Origin: Capsulimonadaceae bacterium
GTDB lineage: Bacteria; Armatimonadota; Armatimonadia; Armatimonadales; Capsulimonadaceae
Length of the DNA stretch: 64,000 bases
Direction of reading: 5' to 3'
NCBI GenBank assembly: GCA_965215505.1
Contig: OZ244065.1
Span: 4,320,001-4,384,000 of the forward strand
Shown: positions 21,050 to 29,592 of the stretch, piece after piece
Layout of the letters: each line of letters opens with the position of its first letter
Position numbering within the stretch: the first letter of the stretch is position 1
Program-made: the position numbers and the translations under genes
Notes under the pieces: generated by a model
Databases searched by the model: none
What the model saw: the letters and a program-made list of their open reading frames with translations, nothing else
What the model was told of the DNA's origin: nothing

Positions 21050-22204
21050 ATGCTCCGAATCAACCTGCTGCCCCCCTATGTGACGCAGAGGCGTCTTACC
21101 AAGCGCCTCATACCGGTGTTCGCCCTGCTGCTGCTGGCGTGCATCGCTCTGCCCCTCTTCCTGTATGCCAACATGAAGGCGCACCTGAACGACATAACGC
21201 AGCAGGCGGAGGCGGACGAGACGGCCAAGGCCGCCAATGACGCCCTGGATGCCCAAGCCGCCAGCACGACGGCGAAAGTGCAGCCCATCCTGGACAAAGT
21301 GAACTTCGTTGACGGGGTCCACAAGTACAACCGTGACCAGGTCACCACGCTCGTCGCCGTCGCGAACCAAAGCCCCAAGAAGAGCTTCATCTACAGCGGC
21401 ATGGCCCCCGGCGCGGGCTACTCGACCATGACCATCAACGCCTACTCGCCCAGCGTCGAGGAAGCCGGCCGCTACCTCGAGGCGATGTACCAGCAGCCCG
21501 CCTTCACCTCGGTCGCCGTGGACAAGATCCCCGGCTACCCCGACAATGTCCAGCACCGGTGGTATCTCGGCCCGATCAAGCCTCAGTACATGGTGTTCGC
21601 CGACGGCGCTTCGGCGTCCGGCGGCGGTGCCGCCGCCGGCGGCTATCCCGGTGGCGGCGGCGGCGCTGCCACCGCCACGGCGGGCGGCTTCAATGCAGCC
21701 AGCCTCGCTCTGAACGGACCCAACAATATCCCGCCCGGCGTCGGCCCGCCCCCGCCTGAGCTGATCGGCGGCCTCGCCACGGGCGGCGGTGCCGCAAGCG
21801 GCGGCTATCCCGGCAGCGGCGGTGGCGGCGGTTACCCCGGCGGTGGGGGCGGAGCGCAGGCCGGTGGCGGCGGCTACAGCCCGAACTTCCTGCGAATCGC
21901 CCTGGCCGGCGTCAGCCCCTTCGCCACCCCTGACGTGATCGCGCGCATTCTGAGGAACAAGATGCGTCAGGTCCACATGGTGACCATCCCCAAGGGCTTC
22001 AACGTCACCGTGACGGCGGGCATCAACAAGCCTTACGCCCCGCTGACCGCACCGACGCCCCCCGGCGGCGGACCGGCGGCGGGCGGTGCGCCGGGCGGCT
22101 TCGGCGGCGGTGCAGGCGCTTACCCCGGCGGCGGCGGTGCGCCCGGCGGCTACCCCGGTGGGGGTGCCCCCGGCGGCTATCCCGGAGGCGCGGCGTCAGG
22201 CTGA
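21050..22204 (+). CDS. pilN: PilN-like alignment subunit with GGYPGG tracts
   Basis: N-terminal RINLLP motif plus TM plus coiled coil, directly after pilM. Confidence 0.85.
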   Translation: MLRINLLPPYVTQRRLTKRLIPVFALLLLACIALPLFLYANMKAHLNDITQQAEADETAKAANDALDAQAASTTAKVQPILDKVNFVDGVHKYNRDQVTTLVAVANQSPKKSFIYSGMAPGAGYSTMTINAYSPSVEEAGRYLEAMYQQPAFTSVAVDKIPGYPDNVQHRWYLGPIKPQYMVFADGASASGGGAAAGGYPGGGGGAATATAGGFNAASLALNGPNNIPPGVGPPPPELIGGLATGGGAASGGYPGSGGGGGYPGGGGGAQAGGGGYSPNFLRIALAGVSPFATPDVIARILRNKMRQVHMVTIPKGFNVTVTAGINKPYAPLTAPTPPGGGPAAGGAPGGFGGGAGAYPGGGGAPGGYPGGGAPGGYPGGAASG

Positions 22205-22220
22205 CGCTCAAGGAGACCCA

Positions 22221-23054
22221 ATGAAAACAGCGCGCCTCAGTCCCGTCGTCGTCGCCGCCGTCGGCACTGTACTATCCCTCCTGGCGATCGCCCTGATCTT
22301 CTTCCTGATGATCAAGCCGACGCAGGACGACACCGTGACCCAGCAGGCACGTCTTGACGCCGCCGCCCCCGGCACCGACCCGGAAGATCGGGAAGCAGGG
22401 CTTGCCCGGAACAAGAAGACGGCCCAGGCCAAACTCGCCCAGGCCAAGGTCAATGTGCAGAAAACGCAGATGCAGTGGGCACAGGTCGAAGCCGCAATCA
22501 TGCCTCCGTTCGACGTGAGCAACCGCCGCAAAGCGTTCCGGCAGCTCACCTATGAGCTGACGCACAACCTCGCGCCCGATCTACAGAAGCAGCTCACGGC
22601 CGGGGGCGTCACCTCGTCCACGAGGTTCGCACTGCCGCCGCCGCCCACCAGTCCGAACGACCCGATGATCCGGCCCGGCGTGATCGAGATCCCGCTCGGC
22701 ACGGTCACCGTCAACGGCGACTTCCGGCACATCCTGGCGAACTTCAACGACTGGCAGTATTTCAACCGCCTGGTCAAAGTAGACGGCCTGACCTTGACGG
22801 GCAACAGCCCGTACATGCAGGGGAGCTACACCGCGACGCTGTACATCTTCCCACAGGGTGACACCAATCCCGAGCCGCCCCTCGCCAAAGCGGGCGGGGC
22901 CGGCGGAGCCGGCGCACCCGGTGGCGGCGGCAGCTATCCCGGCGGCGGCGGCGGCGGCAGCTATCCCGGCGGCGGAGGCCCCCCCCCCGGTGCTGGAGGC
23001 CCTGGCGGCTACCCCGGCGGCGGTGGCCCCGGAGCCTACCCCGGCGGCCACTGA
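22221..23054 (+). CDS. pilO: PilO-like subunit with C-terminal YPGG tract
   Basis: TM plus coiled coil; IEIPLGTVTVNGDFRHILANF..FNRLVKVDGLTL PilO/GspM-like; AAGGAG RBS. Confidence 0.8.
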   Translation: MKTARLSPVVVAAVGTVLSLLAIALIFFLMIKPTQDDTVTQQARLDAAAPGTDPEDREAGLARNKKTAQAKLAQAKVNVQKTQMQWAQVEAAIMPPFDVSNRRKAFRQLTYELTHNLAPDLQKQLTAGGVTSSTRFALPPPPTSPNDPMIRPGVIEIPLGTVTVNGDFRHILANFNDWQYFNRLVKVDGLTLTGNSPYMQGSYTATLYIFPQGDTNPEPPLAKAGGAGGAGAPGGGGSYPGGGGGGSYPGGGGPPPGAGGPGGYPGGGGPGAYPGGH

Positions 23055-23174
23055 GAAGAATGGAGTTCGGCGCGTTAAGTCTTACGCTAAAGTTTAACGC
23101 GCCTGCATTGAAGGCTTTCCCGTTGGGAACACTCAGAACGGGTATGACCAACGGAAAGCGAGGGAATTGTCTGC

Positions 23175-24191
23175 ATGGACTGGTTCAAAGATAAGAAAAA
23201 CCTGCCGATCGTGGTGGCTCTGGCCGTCGTCGTGTTCCTGGGGGCGGGCGGCCTGATCGCCATGGAACTCGGCCTGTTCAACGGCGGCGCGGCGACGCCC
23301 ACGGCCTCCGCCCCGCCCAGCGGCGCGGGCTATCCGGGTGGTCCTGCCGCCGCCCCCGGTCCTGCCGCCTCTCTCGGTGCGGGTGGCTACCCAGGTGCGC
23401 GCCCGGCGGGCCGTCCCACCCGTGGCGCGGCAGCCGCCGCCGCAAAGGCGTCCCGTCCGGCCACCCCCGGCGCGGTGGTCACCGCCGTGAAGGGGCCTGT
23501 CAACCCGATGACCAGCGCGGACCCGTTCGCCCTCCCCGGCCCGCACAAGGCCGTCGCTTCGGCTGGTGGCCCGAACGTCGCCGGCATGCGGCCCCCCCTG
23601 CGGGACACCCTGCCGCCCCTCAACCTGTTCACGCTGCGCCCGCCGACCCCGCAGGTTGCGAGCAGCCTGACCCTCCCCAATGGGGGGGACGAGACGCTGG
23701 CCGGGACCCGCGTTTCCGGCATCGTGACCGCCGCCGACGGCATCTTCGCCGTACTTGACGTCAATGGAAGCTCACAGACCGTCAAGCCGGGTGACTCTCT
23801 GCCCGGCGGCAGCAAAGTCGCCTCGATTCAGTCCACCGGCGTTACCCTGCACACGCCCGAGGGGAACACGATTACCGTGCCCCTGTCTAACGGTCCGCCC
23901 CAGCAGAACCCGCAGCCCGGTTACGGCGGCGGCTTCGGGGGCGGCGGCTATGGCGGTGGATATCCCGGTGCCGGCGGCTATGGTGGCGGGTATCCGGGTG
24001 CCGGCGGCTTCGGCGGTGGTGGCGGCTACCCCGGTGGTGGCGGCTTCGGCGGCGGCGGGTATCCGGGTGCCGGCGGCTTCGGCGGCGGCGGTGGCTTCGG
24101 CGGCGGTGGCGGCTACCCCGGTGGTGGCGGCTTCGGCGGCGGTGGCGGCGGTTACCCCGGCGGCGGTGGGGGAGCGGGTGCGCCCGAGTAG
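23175..24191 (+). CDS. PilP/GspC-like membrane-anchored subunit with long Gly-rich tail
   Basis: N-terminal TM, DPF motif, RVSGIV..FAVLDVNGSSQTVKPGDSLPGGSKVASIQSTGVTL (HR/PilP-like beta domain). Confidence 0.7.
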   Translation: MDWFKDKKNLPIVVALAVVVFLGAGGLIAMELGLFNGGAATPTASAPPSGAGYPGGPAAAPGPAASLGAGGYPGARPAGRPTRGAAAAAAKASRPATPGAVVTAVKGPVNPMTSADPFALPGPHKAVASAGGPNVAGMRPPLRDTLPPLNLFTLRPPTPQVASSLTLPNGGDETLAGTRVSGIVTAADGIFAVLDVNGSSQTVKPGDSLPGGSKVASIQSTGVTLHTPEGNTITVPLSNGPPQQNPQPGYGGGFGGGGYGGGYPGAGGYGGGYPGAGGFGGGGGYPGGGGFGGGGYPGAGGFGGGGGFGGGGGYPGGGGFGGGGGGYPGGGGGAGAPE

Positions 24192-24204
24192 AGAGAGGAA
24201 CACG

Positions 24205-24957
24205 ATGAACAGGTCTATTTTCTCTCTCCTCGTTCCCGTCCTTCTGGCTGGGGGCGGCCTGGCGGCACGGGCACAGACCGGGGCAGATTCCAAGCCGGTC
24301 ACGCTCAACGTCTCGCAGGTCCCCATACAGACGGTCCTGAAGACGCTTTTCAACGGCGCTGGCGTCCGCAGCTTCGTGATAGACGCGGACGTCCCGCGCA
24401 CGGCACTCGTCGGCTCGATCAGCCTGAGCGGCGTTCCGTTCTCGGTCGCGCTCAAGCAGGTCCTGGGGGCGGTCAGCCCGCCCTTGGTCGCCGAACTCCA
24501 GGACGGCATTTACCACGTCCGAACTAGTGCGTCCGCGCCGCCGGACTTTGGGCCGCAGGCTGGTTTTCCCCCGGCCGATGCCGGACAGAACAACATCTAC
24601 AAGATTCGCATCAGGCACTATGATGCGGGCATGATTGCGGACGCCCTGACCCGCCGCGGAGGCATCATCCAGCTGCCGCCGAACTTCGTCATTCCGTCGA
24701 GCGCGAGCGTGGCGGGTGGGCCGACCGGCCCGAACATAACGACGGTGGGCGCGGCGGCCGGCCAGCCCCCGGCGGCTCCAAACGGCGGCGGGCTTCAGAA
24801 CGGCACGGCGACCGGCGCGAACGTCCTGCCGCCCGGCGTCAAGCGCATCTTCATCCTCGCGAGTGACAACTCTCTGGTGGTCGAGGCCACCGCCCAGGGC
24901 TACGAAAACCTGACCGACGAGCGCCTGCTCTCCGGCGGGTACACGCCAGTCTATTAA
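24205..24957 (+). CDS. secretin N-domain paralog without beta-barrel (STN/N0-like plus N3-like)
   Basis: Signal peptide; KPVTLNVSQVPIQTVLKTLF; LPPGVKRIFILASDNSLVVEATAQGYENL aligns with PilQ LPDGVTRIFALQSNNSLLVQATVDGYNTV. Confidence 0.75.
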   Translation: MNRSIFSLLVPVLLAGGGLAARAQTGADSKPVTLNVSQVPIQTVLKTLFNGAGVRSFVIDADVPRTALVGSISLSGVPFSVALKQVLGAVSPPLVAELQDGIYHVRTSASAPPDFGPQAGFPPADAGQNNIYKIRIRHYDAGMIADALTRRGGIIQLPPNFVIPSSASVAGGPTGPNITTVGAAAGQPPAAPNGGGLQNGTATGANVLPPGVKRIFILASDNSLVVEATAQGYENLTDERLLSGGYTPVY

Positions 24958-25000
24958 AGGCTCTCTTCGACGGCTTTATCGAAAGAAAAAGGAAAAACCC

Positions 25001-25816
25001 ATGAAAATCCGATACACGCGACGTCATGCGGCCCTCGCCCTTGGTGCCCTGGCCCTGCTCGGCGGCTCGGTCGTGGCCACCCCCGCACGGGCGCAGGACG
25101 CCAGCGCGGCGTCCGACAAGCCCATCACGCTGAACCTCCAGAACGTCCCCATCCAGACCGCCCTGAAGCTGCTGTTCAACGCTGCGGGCATCCACAACTA
25201 CACCATCGCTTCGGACGTACAGGGGACCGCCAACATTAACAGCGCCAATGTTCCCTTTACGATCGCCCTGACTAACCTGCTGAACTCGGTCGGCGCGGCC
25301 TTCACCGTCGAGAACGGCAGCTACAACGTCGCCATCAAGCGGCCCACGCCGGCACCCCCCGTGGTCGTCACCCCGCAGCCGAACGGGAACACGATCGTGG
25401 GCGGCAGCCAGGACTCGACGGCCAGCACGGCGGATCAGCCCAAGCGCTTCTACCCGATTCCGGTCAACAAGTACGACGCCTACTACCTTGCCCTCCTGCT
25501 CGGCTCGCAGGGCCTCGTCCGCGTTGACGTCAACGGCATCCTGCCCTCCCAGTTCAGCCAGGCCACCGGGCAGGGCCAGGGCGGTCAGGGCGGCCCCGCC
25601 GGCGGCATCACCTCGGTCGGTGGCCAGGGCGGTCGCGGCGGCGGCTTCGGCGGCGGTGGCGGCTACGGCGGTGGCGGCGGCGGCTTCGGCAGCGGCGGCG
25701 GTGCCCGCGGCAGCGTCGGCGGCGGCGGCGGCGGCTTCGGCGGCTTTGCCATCATCAACCCCGCCGGTTCGCAGAACACAAGCCCGCAGGGCACGCCCCC
25801 CCAGGGCACGAACTAA
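25001..25816 (+). CDS. second STN/N0-like secretin N-domain paralog with Gly-rich tail
   Basis: Signal peptide; KPITLNLQNVPIQTALKLLF is paralogous to the preceding gene; FYPIPVNKYDAYYLALLL resembles the N3 start. Confidence 0.72.
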   Translation: MKIRYTRRHAALALGALALLGGSVVATPARAQDASAASDKPITLNLQNVPIQTALKLLFNAAGIHNYTIASDVQGTANINSANVPFTIALTNLLNSVGAAFTVENGSYNVAIKRPTPAPPVVVTPQPNGNTIVGGSQDSTASTADQPKRFYPIPVNKYDAYYLALLLGSQGLVRVDVNGILPSQFSQATGQGQGGQGGPAGGITSVGGQGGRGGGFGGGGGYGGGGGGFGSGGGARGSVGGGGGGFGGFAIINPAGSQNTSPQGTPPQGTN

Positions 25817-26006
25817 TCGGACCCCGGTCCCCCCACCCGTCTTGGCGGGGGGACCCTACCAATCATTTAATCAGGCCCGCGTTGCGCGGCGACGACGAAG
25901 CGCTCCATTCTGCACTCATCTCCCTGTCTGACCCCCCACTCAAGTCGGGGCAACCGACTTCTCGCGACTTCGCAACGCTTCCATTTTCCGTTCAGGAGGA
26001 CATCTC

Positions 26007-27941
26007 ATGGGTTTATATCGAAGACGATCGGGCTTAACCGCCGCGTGCGGCCTGCTGGCTCTGGCGGGGCTGGCGTCCGCCGCCGCCCCGGCCCGGAGCG
26101 CCGAGGACGCCCCCCCCACGGCGAACGGCCGTGGGATCAGCATGGACGTGGCCGGTGCCGACATGCACACAGTCGTCCACATGCTGGAGCAGCAGGCCCA
26201 TGTGGATGCCCTCGTCCATGATGGCGACAAGCCGTTCAAGCCCATCAATCTCCATCTGGATGAGGCGTCCCTGCCGAAAGCGCTGAGGACCATCGCGGCC
26301 AGTGCGGGCGCGAAAGTCAGCAAGAATGAGGACGGGGTCTACGTCTTCGAGCCTCTCACCGCCGACAGTCCGGCCGCCCCGGCAAGCCCTGCACCCGCCG
26401 TCCAGGCCCCCGCCGCGCCGCAGCAACCCGCCGACAACCGCCCCGAGGCGCGCTACCCGTCTGGGTCGCTGCACTGGCAGTCCATCGTCCTCCAGCATGC
26501 CGTCCCGAATGACATCCTGAGGATCATGCACTGGGACCAGGACCTCGTCGAACTCGACCCCTTCAAGCCCGTCGAGGCCCCCCAGCAGCGCCCCAACGTG
26601 TCCTCATTCGGCGCGAACACGATTCTCCCGTCCAGCCTCGCCGGTCTCGGCGGCAACGGCTTCCCGAACAACAACTACAATAACGGCGGCTACCAGAACG
26701 GTGGCTATAACAACGGCGGCTACCAGAATGGCGGCAACCCGTCCGTGCCGCTCGGCACCGGCAATGGTGGTCCCGCCGGCGCGAACTACGCGAACTCCGC
26801 CCACCGCAGCGCTGAACCCGGCTCCCCCGGCCAGGCCAACCAGTTCCCCGGCGGCGGCTTCGGCGGCGGCTTCGGCGGCGGCCAGTTCGGGGGTGGCGGC
26901 GGCCAGTTCGGCGGCGGCGGCCAGTTCGGGGGTGGCGGCGGCCAGTTCGGCGGCGGCGGTCAGTTCGGCGGCGGCGGTCAGTTCGGGGGTGGCGGCGGCC
27001 AGTTCGGCGGCGGCCAGTTCGGCGGCCAGGGTGGGCCGGGCGGGGCGGGCGGACGGGCCCAGCTTCCCGACGGTGTGACGCGCATCTTCGCCCTGCAAAG
27101 CAACAACTCCCTGCTGGTCCAGGCGACCGTGGATGGATACAACACGGTCAAAAACCTGGTCCGCATCCTCGACATCGCCCCGCGCCAGGTCCAGATCAAG
27201 GTCGAGTTCGTCACCGCCAGCGTCGTGGACGTGGATAACCTCGGCGTCAACTTCGACCTCGTGCCCTATCCGGGTCTGGAACTCGCCACGAACCAGGGCA
27301 GCAGCGCCATCAGCACGACGGCCGCGCCGACCTTCCTGCAATACGCCACCGGCAACATCGTCGCCCAGCTTTTCCAGACGCTCACCCGCACGCGCGGCAA
27401 GGTGGTCCAGGCGCCGATCATCACGACGACGAACAACGTGGCGGCCAGCATCAACGTGTTCACCCAGATCCCGTTCTTCACCTCCTCCAGCGTGGTCACG
27501 GGCGGTCTGAACAACAACACGGTTAACAACACGCAGGCCAACTTCATCACCCTCAACACGGGCCTGACGATTGCGCCGCGCATCAACAGCGACGACTCGG
27601 TCACGATGAACCTCTCGCCGACGATCACTGACGTCACCGGCCAGCCCGCCGTCGGCGGCATCCCGCCGACCGTCACCCAGAGCATCACCACCCTCCGCAC
27701 CGTCCGCAGCGGCGACACCATGGTCCTCGGCGGCCTGGTCCGCAAGCAGGAAACGACCTCGACCCAGCGCATCCCGATCCTCGCCGACATCCCGGTCTTG
27801 GGCGGCATCTTCCGCACCCGCAACAAGCAGATCAACGACACCGAGCTGCTGATCTTCGTCACGCCGACCATCATCGGCGACAGCAACGACAGCGCGACCG
27901 CCAATGCCAACGGCGGCCAGAGCGTTACCGTCACGCCGTAA
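26007..27941 (+). CDS. pilQ: outer-membrane secretin (PilQ/GspD family)
   Basis: LDIAPRQVQIKVEFV, APIITTTNN..A.I, GLTIAPRIN, VRSGDTMVLGGL, IPILADIPVLGGIFR..ELLIFVTPTII. Confidence 0.93.
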   Translation: MGLYRRRSGLTAACGLLALAGLASAAAPARSAEDAPPTANGRGISMDVAGADMHTVVHMLEQQAHVDALVHDGDKPFKPINLHLDEASLPKALRTIAASAGAKVSKNEDGVYVFEPLTADSPAAPASPAPAVQAPAAPQQPADNRPEARYPSGSLHWQSIVLQHAVPNDILRIMHWDQDLVELDPFKPVEAPQQRPNVSSFGANTILPSSLAGLGGNGFPNNNYNNGGYQNGGYNNGGYQNGGNPSVPLGTGNGGPAGANYANSAHRSAEPGSPGQANQFPGGGFGGGFGGGQFGGGGGQFGGGGQFGGGGGQFGGGGQFGGGGQFGGGGGQFGGGQFGGQGGPGGAGGRAQLPDGVTRIFALQSNNSLLVQATVDGYNTVKNLVRILDIAPRQVQIKVEFVTASVVDVDNLGVNFDLVPYPGLELATNQGSSAISTTAAPTFLQYATGNIVAQLFQTLTRTRGKVVQAPIITTTNNVAASINVFTQIPFFTSSSVVTGGLNNNTVNNTQANFITLNTGLTIAPRINSDDSVTMNLSPTITDVTGQPAVGGIPPTVTQSITTLRTVRSGDTMVLGGLVRKQETTSTQRIPILADIPVLGGIFRTRNKQINDTELLIFVTPTIIGDSNDSATANANGGQSVTVTP

Positions 27942-27959
27942 GGCCGGCGAATAAACGCG

Positions 27960-27991
27960 AGAGGGCGGGGCTTTGCCCCGCCCTCTTTTTT
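27960..27991 (+). terminator. rho-independent terminator of the pil operon
   Basis: AGAGGGCGGGGC-TTT-GCCCCGCCCTCT followed by T-run. Confidence 0.85.
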
Positions 27992-28073
27992 CTGTCCCTA
28001 GGCCGCATCGGGTATAATCACCCCCAGAGTCTCTCATCATCGTTTGGTCCAGTCCTTAGTCCAGGAGTCCACC

Positions 28074-29261
28074 GTGTTCCGATTTCTTACCGCCGGCGAG
28101 TCCCACGGCCCCGCCCTCACCGCCGTCATCGAGGGCGTCCCCGCCGGGCTGCCGGTCCTCGCCGGGCCGATCAACGCCCAGCTCAAGCGCCGCCAGGGCG
28201 GCTACGGGCGCGGCGCGCGCCAGAAGATCGAGTCGGACACAGTCGAGATCCTGTCCGGCGTCCGCTTCGGGCTGGCCCTCGGCAGTCCCCTCACCCTCGT
28301 CGTCCGCAACCGAGACTGGGCCAACTGGACCGTAAAGATGTCCGCCGAACCCCTCCCCGAAGGCCAGGCCCCGCCCCCCATCACCGTCCCGCGCCCCGGC
28401 CACGCCGACTACACCGGCATGATGAAGTATGGCCATGACGACCTGCGGAACACCCTGGAGCGCTCCTCCGCCCGCAACACCGCCACCCTCGTCGCCGTCG
28501 GCGCGGTCGCCCGCGCCCTGCTGGCCGAGTTCGGCGTCTCGGTCGCCTCCCATGTCGTCAACATCGGCGGCGTCCGGGTCAACGCCGACCACATTGATCT
28601 GCGCCAGGTCGCCGCGCTGGCAGAAGACAGCCCCGTCCGTGTCGCCGACCCCGAGGCCGAGGCGCGCATCATCGCCGCCATTGATGAGGCCAAGTACCGG
28701 GGCGACACCCTGGGCGGCACCTTCGAGGTCGTCACGCTGGGCCTCCCCGTCGGGCTAGGCTCCTACTCGCAGTGGGACACGCGCATCGACGGCAAGCTGG
28801 CCCAGGCGCTCATGGCGATCCAGGCCATCAAGGGCGTCGAGATCGGCATCGGCTTCGGGGCCGCCGACGTCCCTGGCTCCCAGGTCCATGATCCCTTCTT
28901 CTATGACGACGCTGAGGGCGGCTCGGACGCCCGCTTCCGGCGCGGCTCCAACAACGCCGGCGGGACGGAGGGCGGTATCACCAACGGCGAACCACTCGTC
29001 ATCCGGGCCGTGATGAAGCCCATCGCCACCCTGATGAAGCAGCTCCCCTCGGTCAACCTCGAAACCAAAGAGGGCGTCCCCGCCTTCGCCGAGCGGTCCG
29101 ACGTCTGCGCCGTCCCCGCCGCCGCGGTCGTCGGCGAGGCGATGGTCGCCCTCGTGCTTGCCCAGGAGATGTGCCTCAAATTCGGCGGCGACAGCCTCGC
29201 CGAGATGCGCGCCAACTACGACGCCTACCAGCACACCGTTTCAGGGCGCATGAGCAAGTAG
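28074..29261 (+). CDS. aroC: chorismate synthase
   Basis: FLTAGESHG, RRQGGYGRG, PRPGHAD, ERSSAR, GDTLGG, NNAGGTEGGITNG, ERSDVC; GTG start after AGGAG. Confidence 0.98.
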   Translation: MFRFLTAGESHGPALTAVIEGVPAGLPVLAGPINAQLKRRQGGYGRGARQKIESDTVEILSGVRFGLALGSPLTLVVRNRDWANWTVKMSAEPLPEGQAPPPITVPRPGHADYTGMMKYGHDDLRNTLERSSARNTATLVAVGAVARALLAEFGVSVASHVVNIGGVRVNADHIDLRQVAALAEDSPVRVADPEAEARIIAAIDEAKYRGDTLGGTFEVVTLGLPVGLGSYSQWDTRIDGKLAQALMAIQAIKGVEIGIGFGAADVPGSQVHDPFFYDDAEGGSDARFRRGSNNAGGTEGGITNGEPLVIRAVMKPIATLMKQLPSVNLETKEGVPAFAERSDVCAVPAAAVVGEAMVALVLAQEMCLKFGGDSLAEMRANYDAYQHTVSGRMSK

Positions 29262-29291
29262 GGGAAACGAAGAGCTGAGAGGAGAACCGAC

Positions 29292-29570
29292 ATGACTGTG
29301 ACGCTGGAACTTTCCCCCGAAACCGAGGCAGACCTGCGCGAGCGTGCGGGAAAGTGCGGCCAGTCCGTTGCCGACTATCTGTTGACCTTGACCGTATTAA
29401 GTCTCTATCGTGACTTATCTTTATCTGAGAGGGAGAGGGACATCGTCAGAGAACGAATAGCAGACCGGCTCGCAGGCGATAAGGGGATGCTGCTAGCGGA
29501 CTACCAATCTGAGGTCGTGGCAAAGCGTGAGGCGCGTAAGCGGCAGCAAGAAGCCGAAACCGCCGCATGA
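29292..29570 (+). CDS. putative antitoxin-like small protein
   Basis: MTVTLELSPETEADLRERA..GQSVADYL ribbon-helix-helix-like N-terminus; resembles 41635 ORF; GAGGAG RBS. Confidence 0.6.
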   Translation: MTVTLELSPETEADLRERAGKCGQSVADYLLTLTVLSLYRDLSLSERERDIVRERIADRLAGDKGMLLADYQSEVVAKREARKRQQEAETAA

Positions 29571-29592
29571 GCGGAGGCATACATCCTTGACT

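Noticed and set aside
18401-21976. 1191-aa minus-strand ORF (likewise 33222-36557, 54723-57413, 12453-14165, 26604-28040)
   Set aside because: Antisense shadows of well-supported genes; stop-poor reverse frames are expected at high GC; no recognisable motifs.
23920-24175. GGC-rich repeats as a possible CRISPR array or non-coding satellite (also 26850-27030)
   Set aside because: No constant repeat with unique spacers; the repeats are in-frame Gly codons with varied third positions; no cas genes.
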